Assembly: GCA_003344405.1 (NCBI GenBank)
Contig: NOWV01000173.1
Span: 124,001-167,514 of the forward strand
Direction of reading: 5' to 3'
Origin: Trichoplax sp. H2
Lineage: Eukaryota
DNA: 43,514 bases
Part shown: one piece after another, positions 12,701 through 22,511 of the stretch
Layout of the letters: every line of letters begins with the position of its first letter
Position numbering within the stretch: the first letter of the stretch is position 1
Notes under the pieces: generated by a model
The model's database searches: none
Told to the model about the DNA's origin: nothing
What the model saw: only the letters and a program-made list of their open reading frames with translations
Position numbers and translations under genes: made by a program

Positions 12701-14208
12701 TACAGACAAGTATATTGCATTGAGTACCGTAAAAATAAAAATTCTTTTATTCTTTCAAGGTACAAAGAATATTAGAAAGTTTGAAAATAATACATTAGAA
12801 CGGTGAAATACTTGTAGTTGATAATAGCGTATTATATGACGGTTTCTTTTCAATTATAACATGATATTGTTTTAGCCATTAGACAGAAATAATTGATTAA
12901 ATTATATCTGTTATTAGTATCGGCGGAATAGTAGTTGGTTCAGCTTGGTTCTACTGCTCAAATGGAAGAATCTAATAGCTAGAGTATGCCCGTAAAATTG
13001 AGCATCGTGATAATATATTGTAATTTGATAGTTTCTACCAAATTCGCAAACTTCTAATTGCCTATCTAAGACCAATTAAGCATCTTCATTACTTAAACGT
13101 ATTAAAATTATTAGTTTCGATGAAAGGCGATTTAGAATTTTTTGAGGAAATGATGATGATAAAGTAGATCGACTCGGAAAACTATGTCTAATACTATCAT
13201 CATACTACATGCTAGACTTTCCTCCTCGAATGTTATGAGTACGGTATCAATCAATTCTTGCGAAAGGAATTTAAAATTTAGTTTATTGTAATTTCTTTTT
13301 GTTAAAAAAACTTTAGCATATCGCTAATTTTACTTTTAGATTTTAAGTATCCATGTCAATAAAACATATATATGTTCTAGTTACAATTGGTGCCAAAACA
13401 TCGAATGTTTTAGTAAATACTTCATTAGAGTCATTTTTTACGTACTACTTTATCGATTGAGATTAAATTTGTGATTGTAATTTCAGCTTTATATATTTAT
13501 CAATATAAATAAGTACGTAAATAAATACTAACCGTTAAACAGATGGCAAGAAATGGACTCTTTTTCGGCCGATTGGTTTGCGTTATCTTCTACTAGCGAT
13601 TCTTGAGTAATTGATATTGGAAGATCACCTTAAAAGAGATTGTGTGATTACGAAATAAGTTTAGCAATGCTATAGAGCAGGATTAGAAGCTCATTATGAT
13701 TTCAACTTCTTGCGTAATTACGATAGCCGTTCGCTTCATATTAAATTCAAAATTGAACTAAGACGATCGAAAAACCAAATTTTAAGTTGCAAACATTAAG
13801 TTCTAAAATGTAACTAGGCTATTTAACTATTAATCATAAACCGAATAGATTGTCACGAGTAAATCCTATCAAAAGTTAATTTGTTAGGATATTACCACAG
13901 TTCAGTGCTTCATCGCCGTAAACATCCCTCCGCAAGTGCATTCCAAGCTTATTTGAGATTTTACTTTGATGTTGGCACAATAGATTGCAAAATAGATCAA
14001 ACTGGCCATCATCACGGCATTTTAAGAGTTTGATAAAAACAGTATTTCTTTGCTTTGAATTTTGAATCTTGCGAAGCTCGTCGATATCATTATCGGATAG
14101 TAAATGGTTTTCTTGCAAATCGCTTAATAATTCTAGTAGTTGTAAGTTGGTTACTATCTTGGTTAGGTTCCTATTGATGATATTATCGATAAATTGACTT
14201 ACTCCCAT
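710..14208 (-). CDS. Apaf-1-like multi-exon gene (CARD - linker - winged helix - HD2 - WD40-like repeats); NB-ARC nucleotide-binding core not found intact; 3' end probably extends below 710
   Basis: Hand-spliced GT-AG exons with mutually compatible phases: 14208-13896 (CARD), 13628-13533, 9641-9476 (DQQKQKLFNLLALFPKLWRIPVDIIATVWESD..LLKEFSHYGLL, Apaf-1 WHD-like), 4992-4644 (YFYKNFIKHAIQA..ILLDFNWITAKL, Apaf-1 HD2-like), 4095-3905, 3795-3642, 3495-3358 (VTDIKISSDGKFLAF, WD40-like), 3054-2878, 2269-2048, 1962-1609, 1473-1323, 1217-1045, 901-710. Similarity judged by eye from recalled Apaf-1 motifs. Confidence 0.85.
2291..2790. repeat. Diverged direct duplication (about 220 bp unit, copies about 2291-2505 and 2575-2790) in an intron
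   Basis: Collinear shared blocks: ctctatta, taacctaga.taaata, aagtatttgac, aaattat.gat.tta, agtactta.ggtact. Confidence 0.7.
4227..4552. repeat. Diverged direct duplication (about 125 bp; copies 4227-4352 and 4429-4552) in an intron
   Basis: Both copies run from ctaacttgaagagact through agttaaaa.ttataccaata to ctc.ataaagtag.attactac. Confidence 0.8.
4644..4992 (-). CDS. Apaf-1-like end of WHD plus helical domain 2 exon
   Basis: In-frame join from the 9476 donor (phase 2). Contains YFYKNFIKHAIQAEDYQSIETILLDFNWITAKLRQ, similar to Apaf-1 YWYNFLAYHMASA..LMFSLDWIKAKT. Confidence 0.85.
5990..8003 (+). mobile_element. Decayed Tc1/mariner-superfamily transposase of the DD41D (rosa/Visitor-type) group, inside an Apaf-1-like intron; 3' part assembled twice (two haplotypes)
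   Basis: Translates to KKFESTGSIVD..TVRALSLEL/DIPRPIVHYIIK (HTH), IIFSGEA (first D mutated to G), KLHVWCGL..GLIGPFYF, and IFHQDDALPH...WPAKSPDLNSCDFFLWG with 41 residues between the 2nd and 3rd catalytic Asp. Several stops and frameshifts; TIRs not located. Confidence 0.9.
7362..7847 (+). mobile_element. Solo LTR (486 bp) inserted in the transposase remnant
   Basis: TGTAG...CATCACA ends; perfect 5-bp TSD CAGAC (7357-7361, 7848-7852); TATAAATA at 7602 and AATAAA at 7757; the empty site is visible in the allelic copy near 7038-7042. Confidence 0.9.
9476..9641 (-). CDS. Apaf-1-like winged-helix exon
   Basis: AG acceptor at 9643-9642 and GTATGT donor at 9475. LALFPKLWRIPVDIIATVW..V..LLKEFSHYGLL resembles the NB-ARC WHD (Apaf-1 LSILQKDVKVPTKVLCILW..EFVNKSLL). 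Confidence 0.8.
10089..10580 (+). mobile_element. Solo LTR (492 bp)
   Basis: TGTAG...CATCACA ends; TSD GTATT (10084-10088, 10581-10585); TATAAA at 10305 and AATAAA at 10501; shares agcttgcacgct, gcgactaa and tctcaatc blocks with the 7362 element. Confidence 0.85.
11560..12022 (-). mobile_element. Solo LTR (463 bp), same family as 7362-7847, inverted
   Basis: Reverse complement starts tgtagtgtatttagagtatactgtaactatattct (near-identical to 7362) and ends gaaccctccatcata; TSD GTTAT (11555-11559, 12023-12027). Confidence 0.9.
13896..14208 (-). CDS. First coding exon of the Apaf-1-like gene: CARD (death-fold) domain
   Basis: MGVSQFIDNIINRNLTKIVTNLQLLELLSDLQENHLLSDNDIDELRKIQNSKQRNTVFIKLLKCRDDGQFDLFCNLL fits the CARD pattern (LL..L....LL...D...I.....R...L..L..R....F..F...L). 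ATG at 14208; phase-1 GT donor at 13895. Confidence 0.85.
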
Positions 14209-14320
14209 TTTTACTTTCAACAAGACATTACTCAATTAACTTTTATAGTGAAACCAGTGTTAAAATTTATGATATAGGTCAAAAGATATTCGGTATGAGA
14301 GATACGGTAGTATCTCTTTT

Positions 14321-14338
14321 AAAGTGAAAAGTGAAAAG
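14321..14338. promoter_or_regulatory. Candidate IRF-binding element (IRF-E/ISRE-like) upstream of the Apaf-1-like gene
   Basis: AAAGTGAAAAGTGAAAAG, about 115-130 bp upstream of the CARD ATG; extra half-site AGTGAAACC at 14247-14255. Confidence 0.4.
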
Positions 14339-17300
14339 ATTTTTGGACTGCTATAGAAAGAGATGATCGATGAAATTGCGAACTGTAATTGGAATCAGAC
14401 TTCTAACTCAGTATTTATCTTATTTTCTAAAATTCGATAGGATAGGACTACACAATACTTAATTAAATGAGAAAGCTAATTAATTTTATTAATGTTAATT
14501 AATAATATTTCATTCTGTCAAATTTTTTAATCATTATACTTCCTAGCGCATCTCTTACAAAATGATTACCACCTTTGCAGCTTCTATTACCTGCCATATT
14601 ATACACGATTACTTCAAATTTATTTCTTTTAATTCTAAATCCATCACGAGAACAGGCCAGACAATTTATTTTTAGCTTTTCTATGTAGAAATGAAAATTT
14701 TTTGTTTTGTTCCGGGAAGATATATGGAAGCTATTATATAATACCAAAACTTCTATTTTTAAACAATACTCAGCCATCCAGTAATTAATACAAAATCATA
14801 AATAGATTCTGTTCTATACCACTGTGTAATTTCGCTATAATTTATTAATAACACTGCAGTTTTTATGTATTTATTAATATAAAGTCTAGAATACCCGTAT
14901 ACTGTCTGTTATTTACACGATACTTCCCCTATTGAAAGGTTAAGTAGTAGTACATGTCGAAGTGTTCTTAAATTAATTGAAAAATGTCTAATCGTGGTCA
15001 CACATTTGCTTTAAAAATAAAGTTTTTATAGCCGATCAGCATTACTTTGCTTACTGTAGACTAATTAATTAAATTATTATCTGGAAGAATGCATTTGTGA
15101 AGTAATAAAGTTATCCCTTATTATATCATCATTTACAAGACAAAAATTATCAGCAAAATTTTTAAGTAGGTATTTGTAATTCCGCTATCGTTCAACTTAT
15201 ATACCATAATTAAAGAATATTAACAAATTATTAAAATTCTAAATAAACTCATCTTTAACTTCCGGTCTGATCGAAACTTGAAATTTATTGGAATGACAAC
15301 GTACTACCTTCTAGTCAATTTGGGTTGTTGTAAAAGCTTTATTCGCTACCGGTGGCTTTCAATAGCGTTAATATCAATTCTTAATTTATTAAATTGCATA
15401 AGTAAATTCGCACATTTTAATTCACCATGTTGATAGACCATATAAAAGTGTTACAGTCTCAATTTAAATTCTGTCTACATATAACTTACTACTAATTTAA
15501 AGAATAACAAGTACCATTATTTACTGAGTCGTGAGTATTAAGAACATTAGCAATTGTGCACTAACGGCATATTTGCTAATACATATGATCATTTAGCGCA
15601 AAAGTATGCAATTACTTTGCCCATTATTTCTTTATCATTTACGAAATTGTTACCATTTAAGCGGATTTAATTTATTTTCATTTCTTATTTTTAGACTTGT
15701 AATTGTAATTTGTGAACTATTATGCTTGTATCTATGAATGGATGACAATTAACTCACGAATCCTTAACGCTGCATTCGAATAATAAGTAAATCAATTTTG
15801 TTACGTGATTTACTTATATTATTATTTGCTCTTGTTTTCAATTTTCGCATAATGTAATCATATCTGCCGTAGTGCTAGTCATTCTCATTATATGGACGAT
15901 ACTTGATTAATCTCTACAGTTGGATAATATACCATTTACGCTAATGATTTTTATTTTAACTTATCAACAATTTTTTAAATATAAACATCTTTCTTCAAAT
16001 TTTTCGCTAAAGTTAAACATTACACTTAGGTAGATATGATTATACGAACTGCTATATTCTGTTAATTAAGGAACCATTATGATATTATAATGATCAACTA
16101 TAAGTCATTTCTCTCAACGATTACTTAGTTGTATCTTTCATTTGCAAGTGTTATTGCTCATTTTTAGATTTTACAGTATTTCCCTATAGTGTACGGGTTA
16201 TTTGCCCTAGGTAAGATGCCATCACTGTATTGCCTACACAAAACTAATGTAATTAGCTGAAATCACTACATTCCGATATTTAATACCATATTCTAATCTT
16301 TCAAGATATATAATTTTTAACAGCCTAATATTTCAGCAAGATTCTAGATTCACAGTTATACCATCAAGCTTTTAAAGTACTAATCAGATGTAACCTAATT
16401 CTAATTCCAGCAATTTCAAAGTAGCCATTGTTTGTTTGTATAATAATTACCCAATTTTGCTATCGTTTTAATTTCCTGAGGAAGCTTAAGCTTACACTTT
16501 TAGCTATGGCAAATGTGATCGAGGACTAACATATCTAACTGACATCTTGAAGTAATGCATATATTTGTAATTTAATATTACTAGCGTTACTATTTAAGAT
16601 GACAAAGAGAAACTATATCATAGAGATTTATGGTCAGTTTTTTGAGGCAATTTAGATATGGAATAATTTGAACCAACGCAGAACCTCACCCTGAGAGTCT
16701 ATTCCTGAACTTTTTAAGTAGTAGTGACAATTCCAATACTGCTATTAGTTTGTAATGGTTTGTATAGATTAAAGTATATTAGCGGGCTGTGGCTGATGAT
16801 GAAACGGTGAAGTAACGTAGTAGCTATTACATTGTTATTCGAGTGATTCTCACCATAAAATTTTATAATACTAGATAGTAGTGCTCGTATAATTCAGATT
16901 GAAAATATCGTTATAAAATTTGCTATAGAGATATTGAATTAAAATAACACTAATCAAATTGACCTATGATTACAGCGTCAGTTAGATCACCCTATCGATA
17001 ATAGAATAAATCACTTAAAGGGTACGTAAGCTATCAGATTGCAACACTTAGACTGCTTTTAATAAATTTCTTTTTTGAGTTTGAATTGGGTATAAAGAAC
17101 TTTAATTAATTCCGAATGGAATACTTTTAACGAATACGTGATTAAATGAACTGCTATTGTTAGAAATTTTTAATTGTAATGCAAATTCTAATATACCTAT
17201 CTAATAGCTCAAAAGCATTTAGGTAACATGTTCTAATCCTATTATCTAGCTTAAAGACTAAGCTAAAACGATAACAGTAGCTATTTCGTAGGGTGAGATA

Positions 17301-17462
17301 ATAAATATCTTGCGCTTTGATCATTACACTTTTGCTTAAAAAACTAGATACTACGACGTACTATCTATATTGGTGCATACCTTACGCTAGATCACTACAG
17401 TAATCTACTTGGCTACTAAGGCAATGGTTGCTAGTTCTTTCAATGCTCTACAGTACTTTTTC

Positions 17463-17975
17463 ATGTGATATCTAGTAAGCTATATCAGTAAGACACTAAA
17501 ATTTGATTGCAACGATTGATATATTCTAGCTAACCAATACTTTAAGGTACATCTTCTTAAGACTACTTTTGCGTTCATGCATCAGCGTGATCAGTCATTC
17601 GCAAGCTTGAAATTCTGAGTATCATTTTAATCAAATAAACATTNNNNNNNNNNNNNNNNNNNNCTGTCATAAAAAGTCAGTGCTGTATTAAAACACAGTA
17701 TATCCAAATTAGAAGTTAACTAAATAAGGATAGTCTAACAGAATTATCCTAACATAGTTATTTCTACTGTAATACAGTATTTAACACTGTAACAATGTGA
17801 TATCTAGTAAGCTATATCAGTAAGACACTAAAATTTGATTGCAACGATTGATATATTCTAGCTAACCAATACTCTAAGGTACATCTTCTTAAGACTACTT
17901 TTGCGTTCATGCATCAGCGTGATCAGTCATTCGCAAGCTTGAAATTCTGAGTATCATTTTAATCAAATAAACATT
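17463..17975. repeat. Allelic (haplotype) duplication across the N gap 17644-17663
   Basis: 17463-17643 recurs at 17795-17975 with one visible SNP (actttaagg vs actctaagg). Confidence 0.85.
17664..17794 (-). mobile_element. Partial LTR-like insertion end present in one haplotype only
   Basis: Sequence absent from the other allele; it ends ...TGTAACA exactly at the junction (TGTTACA start on the minus strand); the rest is lost in the gap. Confidence 0.5.
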
Positions 17976-18471
17976 AGATGCAACTTTTTTTATGAATCTT
18001 TACTTCATCATTTTAGTATTTGACTATATGGTTTGCTAGATCTGAAATCCAAACTTCAAAATTGAAATATTATCAGTTTCTTAATCAAAATAATGAAATA
18101 GGGTACTAGAGATTTCAATAAATATCTAAAAATTTTCAATGATACAGTACTTTACGCAAAAATATTTTTAAATATTTAAGAAGTGGGTACAGTGTTTGCA
18201 AGTTTATTGCCATTGCAAATTGGCCAATAGAGTATCCCGCAATTGTTTTAACTTTCCCGACTATTATAAATAGCAACTGCTTTAATAAATTTGATGATAT
18301 TGAGCATTATAATTAGATAGTTAATATTACTGGATAAAAAGTATCCATGTTATTGTTTAAAGTATGGTATATTAGTCTAGGACGTAAAAATTTTATTTTT
18401 CAACTTTCAACTTCAATAGCTGCATATAACTACTATAGTTACAGTTTATTAAAATTAGGTTATTAAATTTT

Positions 18472-19784
18472 ATAGTTTAAGGTGCAATCAGAGACGATAA
18501 CAACTAAAAATTAAATTTGCAAAATGGATAAAGAAGGGAAATGAACCTACATTCTTTTAATTCCTTTAGAAATTGCAGATATTAATGATTCTGTTAACGT
18601 GAAGCAACGGGTTTTACCGTCTTTACATCGACAAAAATTAGGGCTTGAGCTTACAGCAATTTGCTAATTTGCAATACATTAACCGCAAAAAGAAGAAGCC
18701 AACAGGCTGATAAAAAAGTTATCTTTAGTATTTTTAACGCTAAACCGATCTTTCGCAAAATAATTGCTTGAAAGGGATAGGAAGGTTAGTGAAATTAAGA
18801 GTTCTAGTGACGGCTGTAATGAAAAGATCTATCTCTATATCTTAACAGATCAAAAAATGTAGTCGCTAAAATATCTTAATGGCTAAGAAGAACTGGCTCT
18901 TTTTATATACTCTACAAAGGTTCATACAATTCGATAAATTATGATCCTTAACCAATCATCATTGAAATTCAATCGATGAAAATGATATAAAATCATTCAA
19001 CACTGATGTCATTGGAATTTCTTTGTAGGTCAGAAAATAAAGGAATGATATTTATTTTAGTATAATATATGATATATTTATATGTAATGAAATAAAATGT
19101 GTAGAGATCAAGCTACGAAACTTTAACAAACTTTGATTCTACTTTCGTTGCACTCCGGTCGACTTAACGCTAATACTTTGACACCAAATAAAATTTGGGG
19201 AAATAACCGAACAACAATTTATTTCAAAACAAAAATGGAGAGAAGTATAAACCGAACAAACTTACAAATACTTAGCTTTAAGTATTATTAAAATAAATGA
19301 CAGACTTAAAAACTGTCAACGACCAAACAACCTTTCAAAAAGAAGAACGTTTTAACTTACGACAATTCGACCCCGAAGGCCTTTTAAATTCAACAAGTTC
19401 TTCAAATAAAATCTNNNNNNNNNNNNNNNNNNNNATAGTTTAAGGTGCAATCAGAGACGATAACAACTAAAAATTAAATTTGCAAAATGGATAAAGAAGG
19501 GAAATGAACCTACATTCTTTTAATTCCTTTAGAAATTGCAGATATTAATGATTCTGTTAACGTGAAGCAACGTGTTTTACCGTCTTTACATCGACAAGAA
19601 TTAGGGCTTGAGCTTACAGCAATTTGCTAATTTGCAATACATTAACCGCAAAAAGAAGAAGCCAACAGGCTGATAAAAAAGTTATCTTTAGTATTTTTAA
19701 CGCTAAACCGATCTTTCGCAAAATAATTGCTTGAAAGGGATAGGAAGGTTAGTGAAATTAAGTATAATATATGATATATTTATA
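18472..19784. repeat. Allelic duplication across the N gap 19415-19434, with a 261-bp indel
   Basis: 18472-18799 plus 19061-19082 recurs as 19435-19784 with a few SNPs; 18800-19060 is missing from the second copy. Confidence 0.85.
19083..19414. mobile_element. Partial TGT-terminated insertion present in one haplotype only (LTR-like)
   Basis: The alleles diverge after gatatatttata: the first continues TGTAATG... into the gap, the second continues gttttg. Confidence 0.5.
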
Positions 19785-21865
19785 GTTTTGTGTTCTGAAT
19801 TATTTTTTAGCGTATCGGAGAAACACATATTTAATGAATAAATTAATAGTAAGAACGTAATTAAAATGGGAAATACTTCTGATTGGTTGGCAGATTATAC
19901 AATTTTATTTTTATGTCACATGTCACACAGGGCACGATTTTAGGCACTCTGATGAGTAGAACTTCCTTTATAATTACGTAAACATAATTAACTGCTAATA
20001 TTATTTTTCTAGTCAATATACAGTGGTATTTTGGTGAAATTATAGTACACTATGAAGAGTTAATGAAAGTAAAATACTGCCTCCGTATATCAACTTTTGG
20101 CCGTTTCTGTTTCATAGGAGATGATAATATCATGGGTCTGTACTTAATATCTGAATGACTCACACTTATTACTGTCTGTGCTATTAGTCAGAGTGTGCAT
20201 TTAATATTAATATTCAATTACTGTACTCAGCTTAAAGAGAGAAGTATACTGTGCATTCATATAGCGAATCTTTCGAGGCTTAGTACTGTAGAATAGCAAT
20301 TTTCTATTGCCGTAACAATTGCCATGAAGCTACCAGTCTATTACAATATACTTATGCTGAAGTTAGTACCTTATTGAAAGTGATTCAAACTTTTTGATAT
20401 GATATTTTCATAAAGTTACAGCACATATTTTCAATCATCGCACTGTACTGTATTTATACGGCATTGCTATGCTTTAAGTATAAATCAGTCAAATTAATAG
20501 ATTGAAGATTTTACTGCTATAACGAAGCTTATACTAATATACCGAACTACTGCAGAGTTTAGTGAATGTATTTGTAACATTACTTTATGAGAATAAAAGA
20601 ACAAACATTGAAATAAGTTTGTTTGATGGGAATACAGTACTTTATATCTAAAGAAATGGCCCTTTTACAGCATTTTTGTAAGGTTTACTATCAGGCACTA
20701 GATGTAGCCGATCCGTTTTTGGTACAAGTTTTACTTTGCTCTGTAGCAAATGTTTTCGTCAGGTTAATATTTTGTAACGGACATTACCCGAAACGTAATT
20801 CTATTGATGTAAGTTATCATGGCAATTCCATACGAAGAATGTGTTGTAATGAGAGAATTATTTGTGGACGCTAAATTGATTTTTAAATATTTATAAAAGG
20901 AAAATGCTGTATTGCTGTAGTATATATCATAGATGTAATGATTTTAGCTAATTAAAGTGGTTATGCGATAGGGTTACGAAAATACAAAGACAGTATAGAT
21001 TTTATTCTTCTGCATAGTGAATTTCTGTTTCTAAGTACGCAATATTGCGCTTTATGTGAAATATTTTCTATTCCTTTATTTATGCTAGTAATTAAAGCAT
21101 TTTAATAGTAGGTTATTTAAAATTAATTGTAATTCACTACCTGAACTCATCGCCTGCTGCGTATCTATTTACTCATATATTCTCCAGTGCCTTATAAAAC
21201 TGCAATTTTGAGCCGTTCGTTCCTCGGATATTAAGATTTATTAACTAGAAATATAGATACTTTGCGATACAGTTACGTATATAAGATTTAAATAAAGAAC
21301 TAGTTTACTGCATTTATCTATTGCTTTGGTATCAACTATATCCTTGTTTTCAATGTTAGTAGCAGAGTTGCAATCGTGACTACCTTACATTGAGTAATAA
21401 TATCACAATCTTCAAATATGGATCGTAAGGTCACTTTATTTAACCACAAAAATTGGTAGCAGTGCATAATTAACAATATTTCAAAAGCATTTTTTAATAT
21501 TAAACGTTACGTTCTTTAACTTGAAAGTAGCTTTAAAATCTCTTCATTACTTATTTTTATTATATATATAATAAAAATAAGAGTATTAATTGTCACATTT
21601 TTTAACTGTTGATAGCGATAAATATAAGAGTAGAGTATTCTTGAGTCAGAATTGCTACTTTTGAAAGGGTGCATCACGTCTAGAAAGAATCTTTTATATG
21701 CTTATAGTCAGTGGATTTATGGCAAATCCTTTACATACTTTAATTGCTCAAAGTAATGCTTCGTAATAAAATGCAATAAAGTATACTTAAAGAATTGCAT
21801 TATACTGTAGTTCTGTTAATATTATGTTATTCATTTAGAACTAGTGAAGCCATTGATTAAGTAAT

Positions 21866-22416
21866 TGTAATGTAACTAGTATTGTGATTGTAGACTGTTA
21901 GCCATGTGTAGTATAATGTACGGTAGATATTTATCCTAAGAGATATTTGGTAGCTATAACTATAGACTGTAGTGGTAGAGACTCTATGCTAGAGTACAGA
22001 TGATTATATACAGTAAGGTGTTGAGTTACTAATAAGGCTATAGGTAAAAATAGAACTGTAAATCATATATTAGGATATGGTTAAGTCATTGTACTTTGGC
22101 TGGTGTGAATAATGTCTACGTAAGTACTGTAGTCGTATCCGTATTGGATTAATGACGGTCCGCAGTAGAATAGTCTTACTAAGAATAATTTAACTATGCG
22201 TAAAATAAAGTAAAAGGTTGCCATGCGGATTGTAACTGTGAATACTACAGAAAGTATAAAAGCATGCAACTTTAGATTATTCTGTTAGTTCGTTCTAGAA
22301 ATCTTTAGTAGTAGTATTCGGCTAGAGTATAGCAGTGTGTAGTTAGTCTTTGTATAAGATTCAATAAAGCCCTTATTTTTCTAAAATTTGAAATTTCGTG
22401 ATTGGTATATATCGCA
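21866..22416 (+). mobile_element. Solo LTR-like element (551 bp)
   Basis: TGTAA...ATCGCA ends; TSD GTAAT (21861-21865, 22417-22421); TATAAAA at 22255 and AATAAA at 22363. Confidence 0.75.
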
Positions 22417-22511
22417 GTAATGTAAAGAAGAAAGAATTTTGTCTTTTTAATTCTTGTCTTCACTGTAACTAGTTTGGTTCATGTCAGATCCAAATTGTAC
22501 TGTAGGTCCAC

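Noticed and set aside
14499-14777. 92-aa minus-strand ORF upstream of the CARD exon
   Set aside because: No recognisable domain and no convincing splice link; the composition fits chance in AT-rich DNA.
15860-16810. Scattered plus-strand AG/GT-bounded segments (e.g. YFPIVYGLFALG near 16177-16210)
   Set aside because: They could not be joined into a stop-free frame or assigned to a family; a decayed gene cannot be excluded.
20623-22269. ORFs 20623-20874 (+) and 22081-22269 (-)
   Set aside because: No motifs; the second lies wholly within a solo LTR.
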